A DNA stretch of 64,000 nt, taken from positions 1,206 to 65,205 of IMG/VR virus record IMGVR_UViG_3300023210_000001. The stretch is one strand, 5' to 3'. Under the pieces are notes generated by a model. The model did not search any database and was not told the origin of the DNA. It saw nothing but the letters and a program-made list of their open reading frames with translations. This stretch comes from a virus (taxonomy: Duplodnaviria > Caudoviricetes). A program made the translations under genes and the position numbers. Below, one piece after another: positions 48,567 to 56,549 of this stretch. Position 1 is the stretch's first letter, and each line of letters begins with the position of its first letter.

Positions 48567-48941
48567 TCAGCGAATGATGTCGAGCGAGTTGATCGCTCCC
48601 TGGACGCAGACTCGTAACGAATGACGATTCCGGTTGATCGCAGTCGGCAAAGTCGAATCGACCCACCATGTCCCTCGGCGAGCGGAGAACCCCAACTGAC
48701 CTCGGAGATCGCTGTCGAGCGTCGTGATGGCAGCGAGCGTGTGTGCCAGGTTGTCGAGTGAGTTGACACGAGGACCGTAGTCGTCGTCGTCCTGAGCGTC
48801 GAACAGGACGGTGTAGTCGCACACCGCTCCGAGGAGAGCATACGAGGCGGGGAGATCGTAACCGTCAGCGAGCGTGTCCAGGACGCTCCGAAGTGTTGTC
48901 CGAATCTGTCCGACCGTGGCTTGGAGATCTAAGTTCGACAT
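48567..48941 (-). CDS. small cassette protein
   Basis: MSNLDL follows cassette 11. Confidence 0.7.
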   Translation of the reverse strand: MSNLDLQATVGQIRTTLRSVLDTLADGYDLPASYALLGAVCDYTVLFDAQDDDDYGPRVNSLDNLAHTLAAITTLDSDLRGQLGFSARRGTWWVDSTLPTAINRNRHSLRVCVQGAINSLDIIR

Positions 48942-48973
48942 TTTGTTCTCTTCTTTCGTTTCGTTTTCTCGTT

Positions 48974-49035
48974 GAGGGAAGAACCTTTCCTCCCTCTCAT
49001 AAAAACAAGTATAGAGCAAATCTGAGACGGGTCAA
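48974..49035 (-). promoter_or_regulatory. repeated promoter-hairpin cassette 11
   Basis: TTGACC-16-TATACT plus hairpin. Confidence 0.85.
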
Positions 49036-49106
49036 CCCTATTTCGGAAGTTTCTCGAAAGTTTTTTTCGGTCTGTTGTCGGGGAGGAATGCTCTCCTCGA
49101 CTGTCT

Positions 49107-49421
49107 CGGGAGGGAAGCGGAGGGAAGCGGGAGGAAGCGGGAGGAAGCGACGGGAAGCGGAGGGAAGCGGAGGGAAGCGGTGGGATGCGGAGGGAAGCGT
49201 CGGGAAGCGGTGGGAAGCGACGGGAAGCGGGTGGATGCGACGGGAAGCGGGTGGATGCGACGGGAAGCGGGTGGATGCGACGGGAAGCGGGAGGAAGCGG
49301 GTGGATGCGACGGGAAGCGGGAGGAAGCGGGTGGATGCGACGGGAAGCGGGTGGATGCGGGTGGATGCGGAGGGAAGCGGGTGGATGCGACGGGAAGCGG
49401 GTGGATGCGGAGGGAAGCGGT
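49107..49421. repeat. 10-bp microsatellite (GGGAAGCGGA/GTGGATGCGA variants)
   Basis: Tandem decamers. Confidence 0.95.
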
Positions 49422-49435
49422 CGGTCCGCCGCCCG

Positions 49436-49729
49436 TTACTCTCCCTCCACGAAGGACTCGACCGCTTCCTTCTTCGTGTCGTATCCGTCCGCCCTCGGCG
49501 ACTGTTGATCTTCGTCGTCGGCTTCGAAGGTGTACCATTTCGTGGGCATCATGCCTTCCCCGTCGACTCGCTTGACGATCCCGATGACCTCGCCATTCCT
49601 GACGACTTGGTATTCTCCTTCGAGCCACTGCCCGGGGAACCACTCGGCGATGTTCTCCTCGGTGACTCCCGCTTTCCTCGCTTGGTTCTTTGTCTCTTCG
49701 AGGCTGATTCGTTTCGTTGTGATTTTCAT
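49436..49729 (-). CDS. small cassette protein
   Basis: MKITTKR follows variant cassette 12. Confidence 0.7.
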   Translation of the reverse strand: MKITTKRISLEETKNQARKAGVTEENIAEWFPGQWLEGEYQVVRNGEVIGIVKRVDGEGMMPTKWYTFEADDEDQQSPRADGYDTKKEAVESFVEGE

Positions 49730-49732
49730 GTT

Positions 49733-49787
49733 GTTCCTTTCCTCTCTCTTATATAAACAAGTATAGGGCAAATCTGGAACGGGTCAA
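49733..49787 (-). promoter_or_regulatory. cassette 12 (promoter retained, hairpin deleted)
   Basis: TTGACC-16-TATACT then a short leader straight to the ATG. Confidence 0.8.
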
Positions 49788-49861
49788 CCCCATTTCGGAA
49801 GTTTCTCGAAAGTTTTTTTCGACTTGAGGACGGGTCGATTCTCTGCGAAGATCGAGGAATC

Positions 49862-50284
49862 ATGCGATCCGTCACGAAAAACATCATCACCGCCGACGAA
49901 GCCGAGAGCCTGATCTCTGGTCGACTTCCTGCGATCTCCGTCGTTGGACACTCGGTCCTCGACAAGATCAAGGCAGCGGTCGAAGAGGTCGTCGGGGCGG
50001 TCTCGTGGCGGTCGCCGTCCTACGCTCTGATCGGAGGACGGAAGACGGGTCACGACTGGCACTGCGATATCGGTGCCGAAGACAAACCCGGCTTCCAGGA
50101 CATCAGATGGTGTCGATGGGGTTGCTCGATTCTGCTCCGAGACCGGGGCGATGTCGGCTACATCGAATACCGGGACGGCTCGAAGATCCACAATTACCTC
50201 GACCTCGTGATCCACAGCAGCGATGTCGAACATCGAGTCCCTGCCAGCGAAGATAGAGTCGTGTTTCTTTGCTTCATCGCCTAG
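49862..50284 (+). CDS. 2OG-Fe(II) oxygenase-like protein
   Basis: WHCD (HxD), distal H in VEHRV, then R.V; GAGG SD; the only convincing plus-strand gene. Confidence 0.7.
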   Translation: MRSVTKNIITADEAESLISGRLPAISVVGHSVLDKIKAAVEEVVGAVSWRSPSYALIGGRKTGHDWHCDIGAEDKPGFQDIRWCRWGCSILLRDRGDVGYIEYRDGSKIHNYLDLVIHSSDVEHRVPASEDRVVFLCFIA

Positions 50285-50378
50285 TTGTCCTCCTGCCACT
50301 GAAAGCAACCAAGCCGGGGAGAGGATCGACTCCCCTCCCCGGCTTGGTGTTCCTTCTTTCGTTTCCGTTTCTCGTGGT

Positions 50379-50600
50379 CTAGCCTCGATTAGTCGATCGG
50401 TAGTTGATCCTCCACGGAGTGGCAAGCAACTCCGTGAGACTCACACCGTCAGCGATCGCTTCGGCGACGGTAGTGGTTGCGACCGATACGCCGTTGATGA
50501 CGGTGACCCAGTGATCGGGGAAAGACACCTCGGTGCCCTCGACGAGAGCGGTTGCGACGATCATTTTGTGATTCGGCTTGTAATCTCTTTGTTCCAACAT
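50379..50600 (-). CDS. small cassette protein
   Basis: Follows cassette 13. Confidence 0.6.
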   Translation of the reverse strand: MLEQRDYKPNHKMIVATALVEGTEVSFPDHWVTVINGVSVATTTVAEAIADGVSLTELLATPWRINYRSTNRG

Positions 50601-50631
50601 TGTGTTCCTTCTTTCGTTTCTGTTTCTCGTT

Positions 50632-50693
50632 GAGGGAAGAACCTTTCCTCCCTCTCATAAAAACAAGTATAGAGCAAATCTGAGACGGGTCAA
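50632..50693 (-). promoter_or_regulatory. repeated promoter-hairpin cassette 13
   Basis: TTGACC-16-TATACT plus hairpin. Confidence 0.85.
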
Positions 50694-50769
50694 CCCTATT
50701 TCGGAAGTTTCTCGAAAGTTTTTTCCGGTCGGTTTCGGTCGGTTTCGGTCGGTTTCTTCAGATCGCCGG

Positions 50770-50860
50770 AGGTGCGATGCAATTTTCTGAAATGAGAAAT
50801 CGACCTTAAAGCGTTGTCTCTGTTGAACTTAGGCGTGAATTCTCATTTCAGAAAATCGTT
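50770..50860. repeat. inverted-repeat element, copy 5 (right arm shortened)
   Basis: Same left arm and core. Confidence 0.8.
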
Positions 50861-50949
50861 TCCACCAGCCGGGGATCTGAATGACAGGCTCTTTTTTTGA
50901 CTAGATTCGACGAAATGACTAGAACTCGGAAATCCCGAAACGGGAACTT

Positions 50950-51095
50950 GATGCGTCGGGAAGCGGAGGGATGCGTCGGGATGCGGAGGGATGCGTCGGG
51001 AAGCGGAGGGATGCGTCGGGAAGCGTCGGGAAGCGGAGGGATGCGTCGGGATGCGGAGGGATGCGTCGGGAAGCGGAGGGATGCGTCGGGAAGCG
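50950..51095. repeat. 10-bp microsatellite (GGGATGCGTC/GGGAAGCGGA)
   Basis: Tandem decamers. Confidence 0.93.
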
Positions 51096-51124
51096 ACGGC
51101 TGACGAACTCGATCACCGATGACG

Positions 51125-51559
51125 CTACGAGATCTTCAGTTCGCCTTCGTCGAGACCTGCTCGAACTCGTTTCCCGAGAATCCGAACGGTGGCGATGACT
51201 TGATCCAGGTTCGGGCAATCCGTTTTGAACTCGACATCGGAGCCGTCGTGCCAGCCATATATTCGGAATCGTTTGAATCTCGGAACCTTGTCGGCGAGCG
51301 AGAAAATCTCGTCGGGTTCCCCGTTGAGTTTGAACCCGCTCGAACTGTTCCTGCTGACCGTCGCTTTCGTCAGGGTCACCGTGTACGGAACCCAAATCCA
51401 CGAACCCGCCTCTCGACACGCTCCGAAACACCGCAAGAACCGTTTTCGACCGGATCGGATCTTGTCGACTCGATCATACAGATCCGTTTTTTTCACTTTC
51501 AACAGCGATCCACATTTCCGAGATTCGTCGACCCAGGACAGGATGTTGAATTGGGACAT
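51125..51559 (-). CDS. hypothetical protein
   Basis: GGAG SD before MSQFNIL. Confidence 0.55.
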   Translation of the reverse strand: MSQFNILSWVDESRKCGSLLKVKKTDLYDRVDKIRSGRKRFLRCFGACREAGSWIWVPYTVTLTKATVSRNSSSGFKLNGEPDEIFSLADKVPRFKRFRIYGWHDGSDVEFKTDCPNLDQVIATVRILGKRVRAGLDEGELKIS

Positions 51560-51614
51560 CGAGCAGACTCCGTTCCGTCCGGAGTCTACCCGAGGTCCGT
51601 TTCGATTCAACCGC

Positions 51615-51968
51615 TTACCGGGTCTTGAGCATCAACCACCCTCCGAGGAAAACGCTCGGGCCGTCGCCGGGGAGAATCTCGATCTGACAGCGAATCCGGG
51701 GGCGACTCGACCCGTTCTGAATCTTCCGACCAGTGATCCGCAAGTTCACGGCGTACTCGACTTTGATGCTTGGGGAGTCGAGGTAGAAATCGAATCCGAA
51801 CTCCTCCGAGTACCCGGAGGGCTTCGCTTGAGATCCGATCGAGTCCCAACCGTCGACGACGACCGTTCCGGTGAAGTCGTAGTTGTAAATGTTGCCGAAC
51901 TCTTCTCCGGCGATCACTTCTCCGACGGTCTCGACTTTAGTTCCTCGGGGCGTTTCGGTGGTTGTCAT
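51615..51968 (-). CDS. small cassette protein
   Basis: MTTTETP follows cassette 14. Confidence 0.7.
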   Translation of the reverse strand: MTTTETPRGTKVETVGEVIAGEEFGNIYNYDFTGTVVVDGWDSIGSQAKPSGYSEEFGFDFYLDSPSIKVEYAVNLRITGRKIQNGSSRPRIRCQIEILPGDGPSVFLGGWLMLKTR

Positions 51969-51994
51969 GTTGTTCCTTCTTTCGTTTTCTCTTC

Positions 51995-52056
51995 GAGGGA
52001 AGAACCTTTCCTCCCTCTTATAAAAACAAGTATAGAGCAAATCTGAGACGGGTCAA
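51995..52056 (-). promoter_or_regulatory. repeated promoter-hairpin cassette 14
   Basis: TTGACC-16-TATACT plus hairpin. Confidence 0.85.
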
Positions 52057-52113
52057 CCCTATTTCGGAAGTTTCTCGAAAGTTATTTTCGACCTGTTTCT
52101 TCAGATCCCCGGA

Positions 52114-52209
52114 GGTACGATGCAATTTTCTGAAATGAGAAATCGACCGGAAAGCCTTGTTCCTGTTGAACTTAGGCGTGAATTGTCATTTCAGAAAATT
52201 GCATCGCAC
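52114..52209. repeat. ~95-bp inverted-repeat element, copy 6
   Basis: Same arms and core. Confidence 0.88.
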
Positions 52210-52276
52210 ATCCAGGGATTCGACGAAACCGAACCGGGGAGAGGATCGGCTCCCCTCCCCGGCTTGGTTTGGTTCG

Positions 52277-52597
52277 TTACTTCGGCTGCTTGTTCGGCGG
52301 GTAACCGTTGATCCAGAGTTCCCTGTTCGCCTCGGTGACGGCGGCGATATCACAGAACTCTTCAAGTCCTTGAACCTTGTCAAGAATGATATCTCTGCCT
52401 GAGTAGTTCCCGATCGTGATCTCTCCGTTGAACTTGCGAATGTACCCCGTTGTTCCGTACAACGGTTTGCCATTCACTTTTCGAACATGGAGAGGAGCAT
52501 CTCCACAAGTCCTCACTTCGACGGTCAGCGTGATCGGTTTTCCCAGCCGAGTCGCTTTGATCTCGCCCGTTTGAACTTCGTTTTCTTGGTTCGTCAT
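52277..52597 (-). CDS. small cassette protein
   Basis: Follows cassette 15. Confidence 0.7.
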   Translation of the reverse strand: MTNQENEVQTGEIKATRLGKPITLTVEVRTCGDAPLHVRKVNGKPLYGTTGYIRKFNGEITIGNYSGRDIILDKVQGLEEFCDIAAVTEANRELWINGYPPNKQPK

Positions 52598-52619
52598 TTT
52601 GTTTCCTTCTTTCGTTTTC

Positions 52620-52681
52620 GAGGGAAGAACCTTTCCTCCCTCTCATAAAAACAAGTATAGAGCAAATCTGAGACGGGTCAA
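52620..52681 (-). promoter_or_regulatory. repeated promoter-hairpin cassette 15
   Basis: TTGACC-16-TATACT plus hairpin. Confidence 0.85.
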
Positions 52682-52727
52682 CCCTATTTCGAACTTTCTC
52701 GGAAAGTATTTTCGGTCGGATTCGGTC

Positions 52728-53038
52728 AAGGTCGGGCGGGAAGTCCGATTCCTGATCTAACGGATCAAACTTCGTGAAGGTCGGGCGGGAAGTCAGATCG
52801 CTGATCTAGCGAAAAACGATGTCCTGGATCGCCTCGAATAGGCGAATAGAGACAACTTAGAGCCGCTTCCGGAACTGAACTTCGGAGCGATCTCTCGGGA
52901 AGTCCGATTCCTGGTCTAACGGATGAAACTTCGGAGCGATCTGTCGGGAAGTCCGATTCCTGATCTAACGGATGAAACTTCGGAGCGATCGCTCGGGAAG
53001 TCCGATCCCTGGTCTAACGGATGAAACTTCGGAGCGAC
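52728..53038. repeat. inverted copies of the 49-bp repeat (about 3 tandem units plus partial copies)
   Basis: GGGAAGTCCGATTCCTG(A/G)TCTAACGGATGAAACTTCGGAGCGAT is the reverse complement of the 110..840 unit. Confidence 0.9.
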
Positions 53039-53096
53039 TGTTGTCGGGGAGGACGGTCCGTCGCCGGGGAGAATCTTCCCCGACGACGGGTTGTCT

Positions 53097-53432
53097 TCAA
53101 CCGTTGATCGTGTAGAGAGCGGTCTGCGTCAGGGTGACGCATTGTCCGACGGTCTCGTACTCGGTGGTCGAGATCGCTTCCCGTCCGACCCTGACCGTTT
53201 CACGGACCGCACGCTCGACGGCGGTGAACCATGCGACCGTCTCGTCGACGGTGATCAGCGAAGTCACTCGACCGTCGGCCTGGACAACCAACTTCTGGTT
53301 CTGGAGCGGGTTGTTCGCTCCGATATCGAATGTCAGGGTGAGTCCTTGCATGTCCATGTCGGACACTTCGACCGAGGCGATCCCGCTCGGGATCAAAAGG
53401 AAAGTTCCTTGGAAGTTGTTTTCGTTCAACAT
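53097..53432 (-). CDS. small cassette protein
   Basis: Follows cassette 16. Confidence 0.7.
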   Translation of the reverse strand: MLNENNFQGTFLLIPSGIASVEVSDMDMQGLTLTFDIGANNPLQNQKLVVQADGRVTSLITVDETVAWFTAVERAVRETVRVGREAISTTEYETVGQCVTLTQTALYTING

Positions 53433-53463
53433 TGTGTTCTCTCTTTCGTTTCTGTTTCTCTTC

Positions 53464-53525
53464 GAGGGAAGAACCTTTCCTCCCTCTCATAAAAACAAGT
53501 ATAGGGCAAATCTGAGACAGGTCAA
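53464..53525 (-). promoter_or_regulatory. repeated promoter-hairpin cassette 16
   Basis: TTGACC-16-TATACT plus hairpin. Confidence 0.85.
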
Positions 53526-53568
53526 CCCTATTTCGGAAGTTTCTCGAAAGTTTTTTTCGGGGATTCGG

Positions 53569-53817
53569 TCACCGCCAGAGATTCAACTTTCGGAGAATGG
53601 TCTCGCCGCCGAACGGAGGAGTCGACTCCCCTTTGAACTTCACGAAATCCGGGTCGACCGCCACGGGTCGCTTCCGCCGTCTCCCTTTGTACGATCCTCC
53701 GAAACGGATCATCATGAACCCCTTCTTCTTACCACGCTCGACCGTCCGAAGCATCTCGCCGGGAACCCATCCGCACGGGTTATAGGTCGAGAAGACCATC
53801 ACGGGTCTCGGTTCCAT
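53569..53817 (-). CDS. small basic hypothetical protein
   Basis: GC hairpin and AGGGG SD before the ATG. Confidence 0.55.
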   Translation of the reverse strand: MEPRPVMVFSTYNPCGWVPGEMLRTVERGKKKGFMMIRFGGSYKGRRRKRPVAVDPDFVKFKGESTPPFGGETILRKLNLWR

Positions 53818-53863
53818 CGTTCCCCTTTCCGCCGGGAGGGTCGATCCCTCCCGGATATTTAGA

Positions 53864-54006
53864 AACCGCCGCCTGGATTCGAACCAGGATCTTCGTCTCG
53901 TCGACAGACGAATGTTCTAGCCGTTGGCCTCCTCTTGCAGAAGAAGACTTACTAGACCCCGGTCTCCACCTGCAAGAGGAGGCCAGTCCTGTTAAACTAC
54001 AGCAGT
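53864..54006 (-). tRNA. tRNA-like RNA (Asp GTC-like) with a 68-nt D-loop insertion and an expanded anticodon arm
   Basis: Acceptor ACTGCTG/CGGCGGT, TA, D stem GTTT/GAAC, T arm CCTGG-TTCGAAT-CCAGG, anticodon arm TTCGT-CTGTCGACGAG-ACGAA; no encoded CCA. Confidence 0.65.
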
Positions 54007-54067
54007 ATTGTTTCCGTTTCCTTTGTACGATCCGCCGGGAGGGTCGATCCCTCCCGGCCCGGTCAAT

Positions 54068-54122
54068 GGAACAGATCCTCGGTTGTGCCTCGCTAGCGGC
54101 GTTGCCTCCGAGAATCTGTTCC
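54068..54122 (-). ncRNA. 55-nt structured RNA element, copy A
   Basis: Long stem GGAACAGATTCTCGG/CCGAGGATCTGTTCC; compensatory pair change relative to copy B. Confidence 0.6.
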
Positions 54123-54391
54123 TAGAAGACTTTGTAGTCGCCGTTCTTCTTCGAACGGATCCTCCAGGTCTGATCGCCGCACTCGACGACGATCGTTTGT
54201 ACTCCTTTTCCGTTCCAGTTCTTCGGGACTCGTTTGATTCCGAAAATCGCCGCCTTCTGAGTGCGATTCGTGATCTGGTGCATGATGTGGATCAGGGAAT
54301 CCCTGATCTTCTCCGAGGCGAATCGGAGATCCCAACTATCCACAGGTTCGAGTCGAGAGATGATCTCTTTCGCCGCTTCGATGTGATTCAT
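54122..54391 (-). CDS. small hypothetical protein flanked by two RNA hairpins
   Basis: A-rich leader before MNHIE. Confidence 0.6.
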   Translation of the reverse strand: MNHIEAAKEIISRLEPVDSWDLRFASEKIRDSLIHIMHQITNRTQKAAIFGIKRVPKNWNGKGVQTIVVECGDQTWRIRSKKNGDYKVF

Positions 54392-54416
54392 GGCTTCTTC
54401 TTTCGTTTCGTTTCTA

Positions 54417-54471
54417 GGAACAGATCCTCGGTTGTGACTCGCTAGCGTCGTTGCCTCCGAGAATCTGTTCC
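54417..54471 (-). ncRNA. 55-nt structured RNA element, copy B
   Basis: Directly follows cassette 17; two differences from copy A that preserve pairing. Confidence 0.6.
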
Positions 54472-54491
54472 TTTCCTTTCGTTTCCTCGTT

Positions 54492-54553
54492 GAGGGAAGA
54501 ACCGTTCCTCCCTCTCATAAAAACAAGTATAGAGCAAATCTGGAAAGAGTCAA
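54492..54553 (-). promoter_or_regulatory. repeated promoter-hairpin cassette 17
   Basis: TTGACT-16-TATACT plus hairpin; leads into an RNA element rather than an ATG. Confidence 0.85.
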
Positions 54554-54561
54554 CCCGTTTT

Positions 54562-54768
54562 TCAGTTTTTCAGAAGATTAAAAACTGTTTTCCGGAAAGA
54601 AACTTTGAACTCCGGGTTTGCGAAATATTCGATCATGAAAAGAACATTGTTCAACGCATCGCCGCTGAGACCGGAATCTCTCACCCCTTGAGCGAGTTTC
54701 TTGGCGGTTGTTTTTTTGTCGTTGCTCTTCTCGATGATTGCTCTGATATGTTTCGGAGTGATTTCCAT
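54562..54768 (-). CDS. small cassette protein
   Basis: MEITPK follows cassette 18. Confidence 0.65.
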   Translation of the reverse strand: MEITPKHIRAIIEKSNDKKTTAKKLAQGVRDSGLSGDALNNVLFMIEYFANPEFKVSFRKTVFNLLKN

Positions 54769-54800
54769 TTTCGTTCTCTCTTTCGTTTCGTTTTCTCTTC

Positions 54801-54862
54801 GAGGGAAGAACCTTTCCTCCCTCTCATAAAAACAAGTATAGAGCAAATCTGAGACGGGTCAA
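54801..54862 (-). promoter_or_regulatory. repeated promoter-hairpin cassette 18
   Basis: TTGACC-16-TATACT plus hairpin. Confidence 0.85.
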
Positions 54863-55086
54863 CCCTGTTTTCGAAGTTTTCTCGAAAGTTTTTCATCCGT
54901 CTCGTACAGTCGAGTCGGTTCCGACGGAGCATGATTCGATTTTTCGTCGTGATGCAAAACGATCGCCTCGTCCTGGAACTGGATCGTCCAGGCTTGGAAG
55001 TCCTCGCTCCATTCCGCTCGGAAACCGTCGAACTCGACGACTTTCGTCGGCCACACTTGTCGAACGATTCGGCTCTTCGACTTCAT
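54859..55086 (-). CDS. hypothetical protein
   Basis: ATGA overlap with the upstream gene; its 3' end runs into the promoter repeat. Confidence 0.4.
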   Translation of the reverse strand: MKSKSRIVRQVWPTKVVEFDGFRAEWSEDFQAWTIQFQDEAIVLHHDEKSNHAPSEPTRLYETDEKLSRKLRKQG

Positions 55087-55310
55087 TTCTTGCTCAAACG
55101 GGAAACGGCCTCTCGTCGCTCCTGGTCCTCTCGTTCCGTCTCGTTGACTCTCGGGACCGGATCGACGATCCGGAGGTCCAGCGTCGCCGTGAGGGCGGTC
55201 TGGCCGTCTTCTGTCACCGTGAGAGATCTCGTCCCGTCGGAGGAAATCCAGAGAACCGCAACCCTCTTCGATTCTTTCGTCAAAGCCATCGCAATCGGTC
55301 TTTTCGTCAT
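55083..55310 (-). CDS. hypothetical protein
   Basis: ATGA overlap (MTKRPI). Confidence 0.45.
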   Translation of the reverse strand: MTKRPIAMALTKESKRVAVLWISSDGTRSLTVTEDGQTALTATLDLRIVDPVPRVNETEREDQERREAVSRLSKK

Positions 55311-55981
55311 TCGTCGCATCCTTTCGAGAAGCAATCCAGAACGGATATCTCCGAACGGTTGCAGATTTTCATTTTTCCCCATCTCATCGTGGTCGCCGCT
55401 TCTTCGATTTCTCGTTGAACTCGTTTCCAGCCGTCGAACTGATACAGACCGGGAGAAACTTCGATGCCGTCCCTGTCCCTCGCAGTTCTCACACCGTAGG
55501 CGTGAGTCCGTGCGACCGGGGAACACAGGTCCAAACCGTACAGATCGACACGATTCGCTCCGAGCCATTTCGCCAAATCGAGAGCGACCGTCGAAACCGA
55601 TCGCTCCGAAGACCAGTCGTTCCAGAAAGTCACGCCGTCGAGATTCTCGGTCAACTCTGCGGCGTTCAGTCCGCTCCGATAGTCGATCGGAGGATTTCGA
55701 TCCAACCGTTCCGCAACTACCGACGATATGACCAGATTCGTTTCCGCTCTGTATCTGAAATACAACATAGTCGATTCCAACGCTCGTTCGTTGACGATGA
55801 TCGTGTAATCGGCACAAATTCGACCGATCATCTCGTTCATCGTGATCGTCGTCGTTTGGTCCAGTCGACCGAGATCGAGACCTTCGACGCTTGTCCCCGG
55901 AAATACGATCGAAACCGTTTCTCCGACAGCGGCGTCCCGGATCTCTTCAGCCTCGGTGATACAGAAAGATAGTTCCCTCAT
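55307..55981 (-). CDS. DUF115/Maf/sialyltransferase-like protein
   Basis: IVFPGTS, ITMNE, ADY...NE, VSTVALDLAKWLGANRVDLYGLDL. Confidence 0.65.
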   Translation of the reverse strand: MRELSFCITEAEEIRDAAVGETVSIVFPGTSVEGLDLGRLDQTTTITMNEMIGRICADYTIIVNERALESTMLYFRYRAETNLVISSVVAERLDRNPPIDYRSGLNAAELTENLDGVTFWNDWSSERSVSTVALDLAKWLGANRVDLYGLDLCSPVARTHAYGVRTARDRDGIEVSPGLYQFDGWKRVQREIEEAATTMRWGKMKICNRSEISVLDCFSKGCDE

Positions 55982-56549
55982 GATCTCGCCCCTCTTCGTT
56001 GAAACACTCGCAGATCTCTTCGACGACAAGTTCCAGGTCGACGATACTTCCTGATCGCTTGTCCTCTTCTCTTTTTCTCTGAAAATACTTTCCTCCCTTC
56101 CCCATTTCCCCCTCGGCGGTTTGTCGGAACGGGTTTTCGGAGCGGATGTCGACGATTCCACATCGATGGGCTTTTCGACATTTCTTCATCTCGATTCTTC
56201 CGAGATAAAGTCGACACGACTGAAGACTGTAGCGATCCCTCGATCGAGCGTATGACAACGGGAAGTCGATGAAGAAATAATGCCGATGAAGTTCCGGGAT
56301 TCGACCGCTGACGGCGATCGTCGACGACGACATTGTTTTCCAACCAGTCGCAAGAAACAACTCCTGGAACCCTTTGTCGTGCCATGCTCGATTCTCGCAA
56401 ACCCCTCGTTTGAACAGAATCGGCCAGAGCGGATCCTCGATCAACTTCGGACTCCTGTTCACCGTTCCGATCAGATCGTCGACCGTGTGAGTTCTCGGAA
56501 GAGCCTTTCCCGTTCCTCGTTTCGGTTTTCCGTCTTTCCGATCAGCCAT
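55947..56549 (-). CDS. hypothetical protein
   Basis: Packed between the two DUF115-like genes. Confidence 0.55.
   Translation of the reverse strand: MADRKDGKPKRGTGKALPRTHTVDDLIGTVNRSPKLIEDPLWPILFKRGVCENRAWHDKGFQELFLATGWKTMSSSTIAVSGRIPELHRHYFFIDFPLSYARSRDRYSLQSCRLYLGRIEMKKCRKAHRCGIVDIRSENPFRQTAEGEMGKGGKYFQRKREEDKRSGSIVDLELVVEEICECFNEEGRDHEGTIFLYHRG

Noticed and set aside
52880-53038. Hammerhead ribozyme in the 49-bp repeat (GAAAC-TTC...GAA-GTC resembles stem III with a GUC site)
   Set aside because: The core reads CTGATCT or CTGGTCT rather than CUGANGA, and I could not form stems I and II
53923-53990. Group I/II intron or archaeal BHB intron in the tRNA-like gene
   Set aside because: Too short for a self-splicing intron, and I could not form a canonical bulge-helix-bulge; kept only as an unexplained insertion
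47760-54862. Classical integron or diversity-generating retroelement
   Set aside because: No tyrosine integrase, attC-type sites, reverse transcriptase or adenine-specific TR/VR pair was seen
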